Both the position numbers and the translations under genes were made by a program. From NCBI GenBank assembly GCA_000708835.1, contig DF237365.1, positions 17,769 to 81,768 on the forward strand: a DNA stretch of 64,000 nt, given 5' to 3'. This DNA is from Klebsormidium nitens. Its lineage: Eukaryota; Plantae; Klebsormidiophyceae. Within the stretch, counting starts at the first letter, position 1. Every line of letters begins with the position of its first letter. Below are positions 40,007-54,087 of the stretch, in pieces. Under the pieces are notes generated by a model. The model did no database searches and had not been told where the DNA came from. It saw nothing but the letters and a program-made list of their open reading frames with translations.

Positions 40007-43000
40007 ATGAGCGCCGCAGTCATGGCTTCTCACACCCTCCCTATCGTCTGTGTGGTGGGACTGCTGCTTCTTTCGAGCTCAGCGGTCTCCGCTTTCCAGG
40101 GCTCAGAAGCCAACCCTGTGTTGGGACGTCGGTCTCTCCTTCAGTCGTGCCCAGCAAACCGGCCCAATCCGGTGAGTGAGAGATTGTCATGTGTTCATGT
40201 ATGAGAACAATTGACTAGTGCTAGCAAAATCTAGAGTGTACACCAGGTCTAGCTCCGCTCATGAGTTGCCCAATGCATTCCTGGTTTCAAGTTTGATTGG
40301 GCTTATTGCTGGTGGTACAGTTCTCAGACCACTTGGAAGGGTTTCCTGAAAGCTCTATTGAGCATAGACTTTGTTCAGTTGATTGCAGTTCTACTGCAAA
40401 TGATGAATCTCCCAGTAATGGGGCATCAGGGGCTAAGTCAATCTGGTTTGAAGTTGCCAGTACAGCCCCTACTAGTGACTAGTGATACTATATGCTGCAA
40501 ACTGCACAATGATGGAGATTAAGTGCAAACCGCTGCCAGATTTGACAGGATTGAGGGGTGCAAAGCAACGAAACAATTGAACTACCGGCAATTGGGCAGT
40601 GTTCATTAGTATATGCTCTTTCCATTGCTACGGCTTGCCTTGCTTCCACAATGGATGCATCTCGTGGTCAGAAATTCTGCTACAGCCATTCCCTCTTTTA
40701 TGATCCACACCTCAAAAGCAGTGAACACCCACTTGGCTTTTTTTCTGCCTAATCACAACATTGTGTCAAAAATGGTCTCCCTTGTGTGCTGTGTGCAGTG
40801 CTACAACAACGACGGCAGCAAGAGCACTTGCTGCCCCAGCCCCGGGGGTTGCAGCTCCACCCCTGGCCCGGAGCCCAGCTGCCAGAAGAGTGTGACCTTC
40901 GGAGGCATCGGAGCAGGCCCCTTCAGCACTTTCACTGCTGACAGCCAGGTCACCGTTAATGGACAGACCCTTCAGGTAGGACTCAAACATTATCTTGGAG
41001 TGCAGAGCTTTTCATTTAAGTTTCTGGCACCCCGTCAGGAGATGGTCAGAGGGACACCACAGCCCCTAAGTTGCAGCTTGTCTTTGGATTTCTACATCAG
41101 TGTTTCTCAAGATTCTGCAGCCTCCTCAAACACAAGGAGCCTGGGCCCCATGTCAAGGACAACAACTCGGTGTGTTGATTGTGTGCTGTAAGCTTTTTCA
41201 GAATTGAGTGGACATTGACATGGCAATGGGAACGGCATTAAACAAAGCTTGGACTGTAGTCCTGCGGAACCTCTGAACTTCAAGTTACTGCACTCACTCT
41301 CTCCAGTTTGAACCTTCTGAAGGGAGGTTCTCAGCTTCTTTACTGTGTTCCAGGAAACATTTTCCAATTGCTCAGTCATACCTTCTCTCAACTTGCAGTA
41401 TCTGCCAATCGTGAGTGCCGTTATCGCCCTTGACATTGACAATAGAAGCACCTATACCTCTTGAAGGGCTATCAGTCTACTGAATCGTTATCAACTCTTT
41501 CACCAACTTCAGCAGTTCGTCTGTGTGTCTGAGACACTGGCGGATTTCTTATCCAAGTCCGCTCAACCGACCTCTTTTCAAGTTCCATCTTCTCAGAGAC
41601 CACTTACAAGGTGGTGCTGAGACAAAAGCAAGACTATTCTTCCATCCTCTGTTTCTGCATCTCTCAACTACTTTTTCCTTGTCTGTAACAGCCTTATAAG
41701 GTCATGCTCGAGAGCAACAAGAACTATGGTGGCTACCAGTTCGCCCAAGTCCTCAACTTTGCCGGTGCGCCCATCGGAGGCAGCGGGGCCGCGGACAAGG
41801 TGGCGGCATTCGATAGAACCAGCCTGTTTGAGGAGTTTGGCAAGTACTGGGCAGTCACCCAGAATGAGCAGTAAGACTCCCTCCCATTCTGTCTCGCATG
41901 CTCTCTCGATTGCTCTTGGCATGAGTCGAGAAACCTCATGCTGAGACTTCTTGCATACTTCTCAACTAATGCCGGGAGACAGTTGTCTCACATTCTTCCT
42001 ACTGAGTGTTCAGATTCTCATCGAGCACCCAGAGGTGCTTACTGGCCGCCATATTGAGAAAAGAGATCATTGTCGGTTCCAAGTTTAGAGAAGACAAGCC
42101 GACTTGTTCCTCTCGGCTTCTGAACGGTAAAGTAAAACTCCTTTCCCATCCCACGTCCTAAATTCGTTTGCATACAGGTAGAAGCGAAAAGACGATTGCT
42201 CACCGGACACCGCTTATTGATCTGCAGGGTTGCCGGCTCAATGTACATCACCGAGCTGACCCAGAGCGCCGACGGCACGCTGACGCCCGTCAAGTCTCAG
42301 TTCGTGAAGCAGAACACCATCTTCGGCATGTGGTAAGTGTGACTCCCCGACAACCAGATATTGGTGTTTCCTTCCTGCTTCTTCAATCCCACAGACTTTC
42401 CATATTCAACCTGTTGTCGTTGGAAACCACTTTTGAACCCTTCGACCAAGGCAAAGACACTGCTCCGCCTCAGAGAGCGAAGGTCCGGAACTACTCTGGT
42501 TTCTTCGACCACCTGTTCATTGTTCATTGTTCACCTGCTCATCGTCACCCTGTGCATTGTTCACCTGTGCATTAACCAGTTCGTGATTCGCCAAACCCGA
42601 AAACGCAGGCGCTTCGTAGATCACCAGTACAACAAACTGAAGGGCTTCTCTCCCTTTTCCAGGCGCCCTTGCAGCGGCACTCTGACCCCCTGGAAGACCC
42701 ACTTGGGCGGAGAGGAGAACACGCCCCAAACCCGCGGCTACCCGAACCTGGTGTGGGGCCAGAACCTGGCGGCGAGCTCCAAGCGCGGCAAGCCGTATGC
42801 GGACAGCGGCATCGCGGACCAGGCCAAGATCCACGGACTGTCCGACCCCAAGGACGTGTCCCCCTACTGGTGCGTGCCCTTCCCAAGTGTGTGTTGTTGA
42901 ACGGTGTGATGGCGAGAAGGGCAAGGCGAAGTAACAGTGACCCAATGTTATCATATCGAGCAGGAACGTTGGCAGAATGCAAATCCAAACGCGTCGGTTC

Positions 43001-46000
43001 TTGCGATGATAATCGAACGTGGGCTTATCGCGAATGTGTGGAGAAAACCTCTGATTGGGCACTGCGTTGGTCTGAGCTCGCTTTCGCCTTGATTCAACTC
43101 CTTTGTTTTGCAAGAAGAAGACCGGAAAGTCATGTCTCGTGTGCCTCCGAATGTCCAGGTACGGCTGGGCGGTGGAGGTTGACGTGACCAACGCCGCGGG
43201 AGATTACACCGTCGCCAAGCGCTACGCTCTGGGCCGCTCTGGCAAGGAGATGCTCGTCGTCATGCCTGATCAGGTCAGAATAAACACGCGGAACAGATTG
43301 CCATGCACGCTGCGATCTTTCTTTCGTATCGCCAAACTCGAACATCTCGTGTAAGCTTTTCGAGTCGGCCCCATCGACTCTGCACATCTGCAACAAATCG
43401 CTCTGGCATCAGTTGGCCCCTAACTAGAGGCTCCAGTCTGAAGTTTCCCGTTACCCTCAAGAAGAATTTCTGAGGAGCATTGCTCTCAAATTTCAAAAAT
43501 CGGCTAATCCTCTGTCGTTGTTTGTCTTGAGCGCTTCACATCCGCCGATTGCTGAGGTGCCGAGACCCGCGAATCCTTCACGGGCTGACGTCGGTTCCTA
43601 TCATTCCCGTGTGCAGCAAACCGTGTACATCAGCGAGGACCAGAGCAGCAATGGCGCGCTCTACATGTTCAAGGCCACGGTCCCCGGGGACCTCCGCAAG
43701 GTAACACCTCCGCCCCGGCGGAAAGGCGAACGCTTTGACTTCTGTGTCTTCATCCAAGTCTTGTGCTTCTTCGTCTTATGTTCCTTGTCTCAAAAGTCGA
43801 ATTTTTGCTTCCTCGTATCATGCGGGAAAGGACGCTTGTGCTTAACTTCGAGGCGTTGTTCCTGTTTTATTCCTGCGCACGCTAGGTTCTCGGTGGCCCC
43901 TGTTTCTAGGGTGAAGCGCTCTCATCTTCGTCACGAGTTTTTGCTCCTTCTTTTCAAAGCCGCACCCCTGTTCCTTTTTTCAATCGACCGTACTGTTGTA
44001 ATTACTTCTGTGCTGCCCCCTCCCCTTTTCCTCCGCTAACGGAAGTCAGCCGCACTTCTCGGGAGCACTTGTAAAGGTACCGCGGTCTCCGGCTGTATTG
44101 CAGGGCAAGCTGTACGCCGCCAAGTGGACCCAGACGAGCGCCTCCAACGGCGGTTCCGCCCAAATCTCGTGGATTCCGCTCAACCCCGAGGGCGGTGACG
44201 TGGACGAGAGCCTCGTGCAGGCGGCGATCGCCGGCACTACCTTCAGTCAGACCAAGGCCAGGTTCGAGGTCAGTCGCGGCGCGGCAAACATCGTTTTTGA
44301 GACTTCGGCCCTTTTCTTTGCTGGTCGAGCTACCACCGCTTGCTCAGTGAAGAAGCCGTGCTTCATTTTTGATAATCCAGGCGATGACCCACTTGTTGTG
44401 ACGAAGTCTATTCTACTTGTTGACGGTTGAAAATCAGTGGTGCTGGAGCGTCCTGTTTTGACATGTGATGTTGATCCGGAGAGCGATGCGAGCGACTCTG
44501 CTATGACTCGTCGGTTGCGTGAGCCGGCCCAGTCTCCGCTCTAAGACTCCACTTAAATCCAACACGGATAGGGCAGTTTGACGAGACTGCCTTTTCGTGC
44601 ACTAGTTTCCCAGGGATAAACCTTCCAGTTAGTTTCAGCTTTAGAAGCGAAGCGTTCTGACTTCTTGCTCTTCTTTCCTTTGCTTCGATCAGTTCTTCTT
44701 GTCAGAACTTTCCCTCCGAAAGTACGAAGTTCAGTGAGCACATGACATGACGACAAGCCCCCGCACGCAAGCACGCCCTTTGAATTTCCAAGGTGGCTTT
44801 ACGTTTGCAAGCCAATGATCCCTTAGGCTGAATGGCCACGATTGACCCCCCGCTACGGCTATCTGTTCGCAGGACTTGTTCGACTACCAGGAGCCGACCT
44901 ACCAAGCCGGCACCGGCACGCCCAACTCGCCCCCCGCCGGTTACGTGTCTGTCGTCGTTGAGGCTGACGGTATCCACGAGTGGCTGCGGGTAGGTAACGC
45001 TTGACCACTCTTACACCAGGGGTCAAGTCGGGAATAGAGGAAGCGAAATGTTTGTGATCATGTTTGTGGAGATCGGGTCTGGTCACTCGATGGGCGTCAG
45101 CCGGCGGCCGCCTCCGTCCATATGAGCTTTGGGTCCCGCAGGACGGACAAGTCAAACAAGGCAGTCCGGGTTCCCTTTCTTCACAAACGTAGGCAGTACT
45201 CCTGTGCCCCGCGCTTCCAAGTTCTTTGGGCCAGCTCGAAATGGAGCTGCTGAATCAAGCAATATTGAACGAGGTTCTTTTGTGGTTCCAGCATCGAAAG
45301 CCACAGCCTCCGTCCTGTTGATTCATTACGAGTACCCGTCAGTTTATACATCTAACTCTGCTTGCTCAAGGTTTCCAAAATTGCCCAATGGTGTCCGGTT
45401 GAAATGCGCTCGAAGTAGAAATAAAAGGTGACTCGATGGGCCCCTGGCTTCTGCAGATTGTTTCAACCTGTTGCTTCCTTTCCCTGCCCCTTTCAGTTGA
45501 AGCCCGGCAAGGGCCCCCTCGCCTCCGTGCTCGAGTCGCGCCGCATGGCTGCCTACGTCGGTGCCACCACCGAGTTCTCCAAGTTCGAGGGCATGGCCTT
45601 CGACCCGCAGTCCAACTCGCTGTTCGTCGGCTGCACCACCGTCGACCGCAGCATGCTCGACAACCCCAACGTCCAGTTCTCCTACGATGCGGGTGCGCTC
45701 CCTACCTCGGTGTTGTTTGTGTGGTCCTTTTTGCACGCCGTGCTTTGCTTGATGGCTGTTGACTTGCCATGCCTTGTTGAGCACCTTGAGGCGGCTACCC
45801 ACTCAGGCGTCCTCGATCCACTTTCGCACGGTACTGCTTCATCAAAACGAGGAATATAAGCCTTCAGGAGGAGCTTCTTACTCTCGAGCGCCACGCCGAG
45901 GGCCACTTGTTATCTACTCCCTTTGCAGAAATGAATTACTATGGGCCCGTTTGGTCTGCTGCTTTTTCTAAAGGGGCGGGCGCTCATCAGCCCATCAGCC

Positions 46001-46596
46001 CGTATGCGACTGAAAGGCATCAATGACGTTGACAGCTTTGCAGTCGTCTGAGAAGCGTGCAGATTCGTCCAAGAAAGCGAACTCTAAGCGCGGATTCTTG
46101 CCGCTAGCTCGCTCACTCAAAACGCACTTTACCCGCAGGCGGCCCGAACCACGTGCGCCTGGAGAAGATCCCCGGGGGCGTGGTGTACCGGCTGAACCTG
46201 CAGTACAACGGGCAGGTCGGGTCCAACTACGTGGCCGCGGACATGTACCCCGAGCTCATCAGCCCGCCCGCCGCGTTCAACGCCGCCACGGGTGACGTCA
46301 GCCCCGACGAGATCTGCGCCCCGGACAACGTGGGCATCGACGTGGAGGGCCGCACGCTGTTCATCAGCGAGGACGGCGACGGGCACCCCAACAACTACTT
46401 GTGGGCGCACAACCTGATCACCAAGGAGAAGAAGCGCATCTTCGCGGCCAGGCCGGACGCGGAGGTGACGTCAGGGTACTACTTCCCCAACGTGGGCGGC
46501 TTCTCGTACCTGATGGCCACGTCACAGGGGGTGTACCCGGCCGTGGTCGGCTACTGGGCCTTCCCCAAGGACCAGAACGTGGCGCCGGCCAACTAG
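40007..46596 (+). CDS. PHOX: Secreted PhoX-type (DUF839) alkaline phosphatase-like protein, ~655 aa; exons 40007-40171, 40799-40975, 41692-41870, 42228-42332, 42663-42869, 43159-43273, 43617-43700, 44104-44268, 44873-44989, 45497-45692, 46139-46596
   Basis: Signal peptide. PhoX-like motifs WRPCSGTLTPWKTHLGGEE, YGWAVEV, YALGRSGKE, VYISED, GKLYAAKW, GATTEFSKFEG, GGPNHVRL, PDN, FISED and AEVT. All introns are GT-AG and in phase. The start could be the ATG at 40022. Confidence 0.88.
42510..42573 (+). repeat. Degenerate ~15-bp minisatellite (CATTGTTCACCTGTG-like) in PhoX intron 4
   Basis: CACCTGTTCATTGTTCATTGTTCACCTGCTCATCGTCACCCTGTGCATTGTTCACCTGTGCATT. Confidence 0.8.
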
Positions 46597-48294
46597 ATAC
46601 GCCATTTTTTGAAATTGGCAGTGGCAAGGACATTGTGAGTCTAATGCGAATGCTGCAGAAGCAGCGCGGCAACAAAAGATTGAATAAACACAAGCCGCGT
46701 TGCACAGCTTCGAACGCGGACTCGCAGTTCACAGTTTTGCAAGGAGAGTCTTAAGGTTTGGGATGAGTCGTAAGATTCCTCCACAGTTTATAGATAGCAT
46801 GTGACGCTGACATGAGCCAATAATCCCGGCACAGATCTCTGTGTGTTTGGCGAGGGTGGGTCCGAATGTTCCATTAGGCGTAAGTCGAAAGTCAAAGATC
46901 TACGATCAGTACTTTTTAACCCTAGTATTCTTCCGACTTCATAAGACTGAGCTCTCTCTAGAAGTTTGTATCAAACCACCACGTGGCATCAGTATTGAGG
47001 TCAATAATGATTGTTGATTGTCGAATTAGCAATCGACTTCATTCATGTAGATTTTCGAATTGCTTAGTACGTTTGCACATATATGATCGATGTCAGTGCC
47101 TGGCTGGGCATAGAAACCGTCACTGTGTCCTCTTGAGTTCATCGCGATGGACCGTCGTGCACAATTGAGATTCTTGACCAGAGCTACCATGCCGCGAGTG
47201 ACTCTGGTCTCCATGCATCGACCTGGCGCATGTGCGCATTGGCTTTTCGACTGGCACCTAGCAAGCATGCAAATATACGCGGAGGCCGCGGTATAAAAGT
47301 TCCGCCGTGATCGCAAATAAAATGAGTTGTCAAAAAAGCAGTCAGATGCCGGCCAGCCGTCGTGTAGGTCTCCGTAGCTAGTCAGTTGCATGCTAATAGC
47401 AATGTTACTTGAACTAAACAAATTACATCTAGAAAATTTTTGTAGATCGTTGCTTATTGCATGTCGTAGGTTGTAGGGTCTTTGAGTCTTTGGACATGAA
47501 TTGCAGCCGTAGCAAGCCGCAGAGTCAACAAACTATCCCGGGTCTGCCGGAGACCGTGCTCCATGCGGCCATGGCCGGTGGCTAAGGGCGCGTTAATCAA
47601 CTAGAAGTTACCAAAGTCGCACGCGGTCGGACTCAGTGACCCGACGACATCCAATCAATGATCGAATTGTATCTATGCCAATTGACTGTATAAGCCGGCC
47701 GTTCGTGCCATTGAAAGCCGCGTATTTGACGGTTATAGCCTGCATGCTGTGCAGCGCATGTAAGATTGACATAAACTATAGCAATGACTGATAACTGAGT
47801 AACTCATCTATCTAAACACAAATTTATATCCATGTACTCATGCATGCAATCTGGCCCCACACCGTCACGCGCGAAGAGTGCACAACGCACCGGCGCTGCG
47901 CATCAGGCATAAATAACATGGGCACTGTGAATTATATATCCTTCCAGTTTTTGCCACAACCGTAACACCTGGCCGGACTGCCGGACCATTCCCAAGTCGC
48001 CTGGCCGGCGCGCCAGTGAATCCCTATAATTACAGTACGGAAAAATCTTCCAGTCATGCAGCACCATCATCCCTGCTCGAGTCTTCTTACCAGCGCATAC
48101 ATTTTATTGAGACAATGTAAGGATTGGAGATGAAACATCATCAATCAGGAGAACGCCAGCGAATATGCTTCTCTCCTTCGACTCTTTTGTGAAACGAACA
48201 TTCAGGTGCTAATACCGTCCTCCCAAATCAAATGTTGCTGATCAAGCGAAGCCAAACCTTCGCATAAGGCAATGGCTCGCAACAGATGCGCAGT

Positions 48295-51200
48295 TCAAGC
48301 AGTCCGCTGGAGGAAGTCCGCGGATATGTCGTGCGCTCGTACCCTCTCTTGAAGCTCGTGAACATGCGCGCGCAGACGATCGGGCGCGCTAAAGAAATCG
48401 ACGAAAACCTGCACACGTAGAAACGTTTCAGGTCACGAGCCTACGACGCGAACAATAGCGGTACTACCAGAAGCATTAAAGCAACGGCGTTGAAAGTCCA
48501 CCAAGCAAAGTCACCGACTTTAACGAAAGGCACCGTTTGCCTCTAGGTGCCTCAGAAGCCAGCGCTTTCAAGCAGAGCTTGCAACGAACAATATTGGCAA
48601 CGCTTCCCCACCACGGCCGACCCTGGTGCCCACCTGTCGTTCCAGGCCGATCTCGTGCGGGTGGTGCCGCACGATCTCGGCGCGGTGGCGGTGCTCGTTC
48701 GACACCTTCTCGATAACCCCGGACAGCTCCTGGTTGGCCGCCTCCAGTTCCGAGAGAGCGTCCCGAACCTCCTGCAACACACGAGCCCACGGTCTTCAAA
48801 CGGCGCGTCGCTTTTGCTCCCGGACTGGCTCTGAGAACAGCAACGGCCAGCCCAAGAGCTCAATCGACCTCGTTCTGAAATTACAGCAACGGGCGGGTCC
48901 CCAGGTCAGCAGGACGCAGGCTTATCGCTTACTTCGGCACGCTCAATGGCAGCATGCCACGTCCCGCCGCTTGTCTTGATATCAAGTCTGCTTGTCTTCC
49001 TCCAACAATGATCAAATCAGGAACCGCTTGTCCTCGTTTTCATGTGGGCAGGAGAATAGGGAGATCTAAACGCTGACGACACATTTTTCCGAAGGCTTGA
49101 TCATCGTCTCAGCACCATCACGTACCGGGGGCGTGAGCACTGGCTGCACGGTCGCGGCCGCCCCGAAGAGCCGCCGCTGCATCTGGTGGATGAGGCCGTA
49201 CAGGTCCGCGGTGACGTCCCGCTTGTCCGTGGCCAGCCGCTCGTCCAGCTCGCGCCGCTGCGCGCGCACGTCGCCCTGCAGCTGCCGCAGGCGCCGCACC
49301 AGCGCGTCCGCAGTCGCCAAGGGGGGCCCGGCCGACCGATCTGCGGAGAGAAGCGCGGGGCGAGCGTATGAGATCATACCTCGCAGACACAGGCCAAGCA
49401 GTCGGCTTGTCTGCTTATATATCAAGTACTCAGAGAAGAGCGAGCTGCCAACTGGCCACTAGGACACGTGATTGGAGAATGGTTTTCGCTGCTGCAAGTT
49501 GTCCGGACAACTTGCGATGCAAGCGAATCCGAAGTGTCAAGGGTTCGAGCTAGAGCTAAGTCACGATCGGGTTGGTGATGCAGGCAAATTGCATGGCCAC
49601 GGGGAGCAGGCGCGTGTAAGGGGCTTTTCTAAGAAAAGACAGTTCTTCGGCAAGCTGAGCTGGTTCGAAGGTCGGTAGAGGCGCACTGGACATGCGAACG
49701 GCTATTTTATTGCTCTCACTTTACCCGGAGGAATACTGGCGTACAGCGTTCGGACTGCTATTCTTGAACATCGACCAGCACAGTGTCAGTAAATCGGCTC
49801 AATGGTGAAATCTGGCTCCAAGAGAAATGTAGCAGAACCATCAACGAGTGCTCGCTCTTGGAGAGAGGCCCTTGCACTCCCTTTCTGAACTGCAACAAAC
49901 GTAACAAAAAGAACCGCCTCGCCATTTGACAGTGTCGCAATTTTGCGGCGTCCTGGAGACCGGTCTATACTCTACGTTTTACCTTCGAGTAGCTGGCAAG
50001 AGAAGTCCTTTGGATGTGACCGCTATTTTCTGCTTCCTTGACAACACAGCCCACCGGCCTGCTGACGGCCCCCTCACCTTTCTCGCTGCCGAGCAGATCC
50101 CGCAGTCGGCTCAGCAGGGGATCCCTTTCGTCAATCACCGCTGGGGCCTGCGCCTGGGTCGCAAGTCGTTTCAACTCGCTGCAACGCTCCTGCAGAATGT
50201 ACAGACTTCTCCGTTAGCAAGTTCGATGGCGGGAAAATCTTCCGCAAGCGAAAGCTACGATTCAAAACGTTCACGTCGTTGCTCGAGCGGATGACTCCTT
50301 CCTTCACCCACAAGAACCAGGAGGCCCATCTGCCCGGTTTGAGCGCAGCACTCCAGGTGCAAACACGATTGCGGTCCCAGTTCGCCGACTGCATGCCACG
50401 AGGTGTGTAGAAGCCCCCTGTTCATTTACCAACCCAAAGTCAAAAGCACGATGTCTCGATCAGGTCGAGACAAACTTTGAACGAACGACGGACACAACGT
50501 CAGACGAAGCGGCAACTAAGACTTCCTTACACTTCTGGTCTCGGTCGCCCGCACGAGTGCCTCGACCTCCCGGTGCGCGACACAGAGCAGGTCGTGGGCT
50601 CCCCGGTGGCCGCACTGCTCCATGTAGCACGCTAGCTGCAGGAACAGGTGGCGCGCCTGCTGGGCCACCAGGTACCCAATGAACTGCACACCAAAGTAAA
50701 CCACAGCATGAGCCGGAGTGCAGCTACGGAAGAAGTGGGTATCCAAGTATTACTAGCACAAAGGCGGCATACACCTTGATCGCACTCAAAGAAACGGAGT
50801 CTGAAAAGATTCCGGATCGCTCTAACGTTCAAGAAGGGTGCCAGCCTAAAAGTCGTCAGCGGTTCGATATTTTGTGTTCCGGAGGGTCGGCTCGGATTTT
50901 CGAGCAATAGAAGCTGCCCATGGCTCGTCCCTGGGCATGTGCCGCCTCGTAATCGCTGTCCGATCCTCGCGCCCTTTTATGCGCTCACCTTTTTCTGTTG
51001 CTGCAGGTAGTACTCGTGGCGCATGATCTTGAGGTCGTAGTCCCCCTCCAGGATGTACGTGTCCTGCAGCGCCGCCAGGTCCCAGCACAGCGCCGCGACT
51101 GCGCCCTCCCGCAACGCCGCCTCCTTGCCGCGCGCACCATACAGTGCCGCCTCTGCGTCAGCCTGCCGCCGCCTGGAAGACGATATATTCTTTCGTCAGG

Positions 51201-54087
51201 GCCGTTGGCTGACCGAGGCCCTGCGGGCGTCTTCTGCAGATTCGACGAAACGCAAGGCGGGGCTTTACTTTCTGCTCTATTTTCGGCCCAGGTAGAGAAG
51301 AGAAGTCGCTCTGAATTTCAAGTTAAGGGGGGCTTCGCAAGAATCGCTTTCGACTCCTTCCGTTTAACCCAGTTTCTGCGCATTGTGAACTCAACAACGG
51401 ACGGAATCGCCACACCATTCGGACTTTTCCGCTCTTTGAGAGAGATCCCTTTCGATTCTCCTCTTCTTACTGTCAGACAAAAAGCTTCCGAACCTCCTCT
51501 CCTTGCTGCCGAATAACAAACAACTAACAAAGACGGCGGCCCCGTCATGCATTGGGGAACGACTCGGAGGCCGGTTCACCAACTCATTCAGCCCCCCTTC
51601 AACGCACACCGCATCCACACACACTCCCTCCCGGATGTGCCGCCGCTGGCTCACCGCAGAGCATCCGTGCCGCTGCGCAGGTGTGCGGGCTGCTGGCTCT
51701 CTGCCTGCTGCAGGCGCGCGACGCGCAGGACCTCCCGCTGGCGCGCGCGCTCCGCCTGGGCGTCCACCCACTGCCGCTCGCTGATGCCAAAGATGGCGCG
51801 CAGCCGCCGCAGCTCCAGCACGCGCTGCGCGTACGTCGACGCTGACTCGCCTGCAAAGGAGCGAAAGTCGTCCAACGATATAGTTCGCAAGATAGTGAAA
51901 CGGTAGGTTTCTCAGGGGATTGCAGCCTTTCAAAAGGGCGAGAAGGTGAGGTCGACATGGTCAACAAAGTGTCGATAAAGCTCTGAATGCTGCAACAAGC
52001 AAGAAGGAAGTTAAACGAAGTACATCATAAAACGTCAATTCGGAACCCAGCTTGATGTGATGTTTCGAAAGTTTTTGGCTAAGCTCTGGCTTCAGAATGC
52101 GCACACAGTTGAACATTTCAGACTGGCTCACTGCTGGCATGCTCCCAAAGCTCCATTTCAATGTTGTCTATGAGATACCCGCAACAGAACGGGCCACAAG
52201 GCTTCTGCTGAAGTTTACTGTACAATTGAACGAGGGACCAGCTGATGATAAAAAGCTTCAGAGACACTGAGTAAGTCGCGCGCGCATTGAATAGATGTTC
52301 CTGGTCGCCCTTTCAGTAAATCGGTCTTTGGATGTGTACCTTTGACGAACCGGTCACTGAGGTCATCCAGCACGACCCAGGAGCAGTCCGCTATGCCCTG
52401 CCGCGCCACCACCGCTGTGGGCCCCTCGTGGAACTGGCGCGTGAAGTACGCGTCCAGCTGATGCGAACAGCTAGCATCCTGCACGAAGATGATGAATCAG
52501 GAGGAAACGGAAAGCTCTCACAAGCACAGAGAAAAACAGAACGAATGAAGCCAATCTGAGCCAGGAGGATTGAAGACAGCAAGCTATCTGATAAGCGGGG
52601 TTTTAATTGCGGCAGTTTCATCAAGGCTATCTGTGACAAACCTGGGAGGTGAAATTTCTCATGTCCTGGACCGACAGGTAGACCTGGTCCCCGTCCTGAG
52701 AGTGGTGGCCGGCCAGCTCTTCGGCCGCGCTCGCCAAGTCCTCCAGAACCTGATTCATCTGCAATTGAGCAGAAGATATCGTCCTTGAGTCTTGTGTCTC
52801 CAAAACTACCCTGATCTGTGCAAACTGGGCTTGTCAGATTCATGTTCGTGTTAAGCGCGAATGCGGATCCATTTGCCCTGCAGGTAGTGCGTGCTCTCCC
52901 AGAAGGAAGAATACACAACACCTGCCACCTTTCGAAGCAAAGACCCAACACTGCATCAGAGGCACTGCACACCATCATAATTGTCGCCAGAAAGAAGGGT
53001 TTCACCAATTGAAACAAAATCGGGCCCCATGTTCGAAAAGATCAAACTAACTACCGTGGTTCAAAACTTTGTGACGGGTTGTAGTGACCCGACAAGATGT
53101 TTGGTGTTGTCAACGGCCCATCCTTGGACCTCATCTTCTGCATGTGTCTTCCCTGACCATTGATTACAATTTTGACAGAGTCGCTGGTCATTGCGAGCAG
53201 GGCCGCGCCTACCTCTGCGTTCCGCTTGGCCAGCTGGTCCTCTACAGCCGCCAGCCTGGCCCTCCTACTAGCGTCCGCTGTTTTGGCCACCACCCTGCGC
53301 TTGTGCACCAGCTCCGCGTCCTGCGCCGCCAGCAGGTCCCGCTGTGCCAGCATCCTCTGGCTCCTTTGCCGAAGCGCCTCCGCTTCCGCCCTCAGCGCCG
53401 CAGTCTCCTCCCTGCATGAAGGAGGGGAGCTTTACCGATCCGTCACAAGCAGGCCTCTCTGTAAGCCTCTTGGCAGGTGACTTTCTGCAACAAGAAACTA
53501 TTTGCGGTATGCTTTCACGAGGATCTATCATGGGGCTGGTATTCCCCCAGTACCAAGCGGAAGAGCCACAGCGTGGGGGGCCTACCGCAGCAGCTTGGCA
53601 GACTCTTCCACCCCCAGCACGGCGTCCGCAATGGAGCGGTCCGACTCGAATGCTGAGATGCTTGCAAATGCAGCATCCAAGTCTTCCCCTTCCAGAACCT
53701 GCACCATTGAGTGTGTGGTGCTTCTTCAGGATTGTCAGTGATATGGTGATTAGTGAAATGGCGTTCTTCTGCCACAAGTTCCATGCACGGAACACCTGGA
53801 CCTTGCATTGCAGATTGTCATGTCCCCCAACACCAAAGCGTCCAAAGTGCTTGCAAGGAAAGGAAGCTCAGCAAAAAGTGCCCTACCTTTCCATCTTGCA
53901 CTAGCTCCATGTATAGAGCAACCTCTTGTTGGGTTAGTACATTTGCTGCGGAGAGGTTGGCACATATCCACTCCATGACTGGTCGTGTATCTTCATACTG
54001 GAAAGGCCAGTCCAGCCCACTAGGATCGAGCCGGCTCCCGTAGCCCAATTCTTCCAACAGCTCAGCAAGATGGTGCCCCCCCATCAT
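48295..54087 (-). CDS. AUG3: AUGMIN subunit 3 (HAUS3), 626 aa; exons 54087-53887, 53698-53586, 53411-53213, 52758-52642, 52478-52340, 51850-51655, 51172-50989, 50683-50531, 50189-50078, 49340-49126, 48771-48634, 48408-48295
   Basis: LDWPFQYEDTRPVMEWIC, ELRRLRAIFGISERQW, LCWDLAALQDTYILEGDYDLKIMR and RQVFVDFFSAPDRLR match plant AUG3 as I recall it. All phases are consistent. Confidence 0.93.

Larger units (their letters stand above)
38529..40616. promoter_or_regulatory. Four P1BS-consensus (GNATATNC) sites around the PhoX 5' end
   Basis: GAATATTC 38529-38536, GTATATTC 38692-38699, GCATATTC 38980-38987 and GTATATGC 40609-40616 (intron 1). The motif also occurs elsewhere in the window, so function is unproven. 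Confidence 0.35.
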
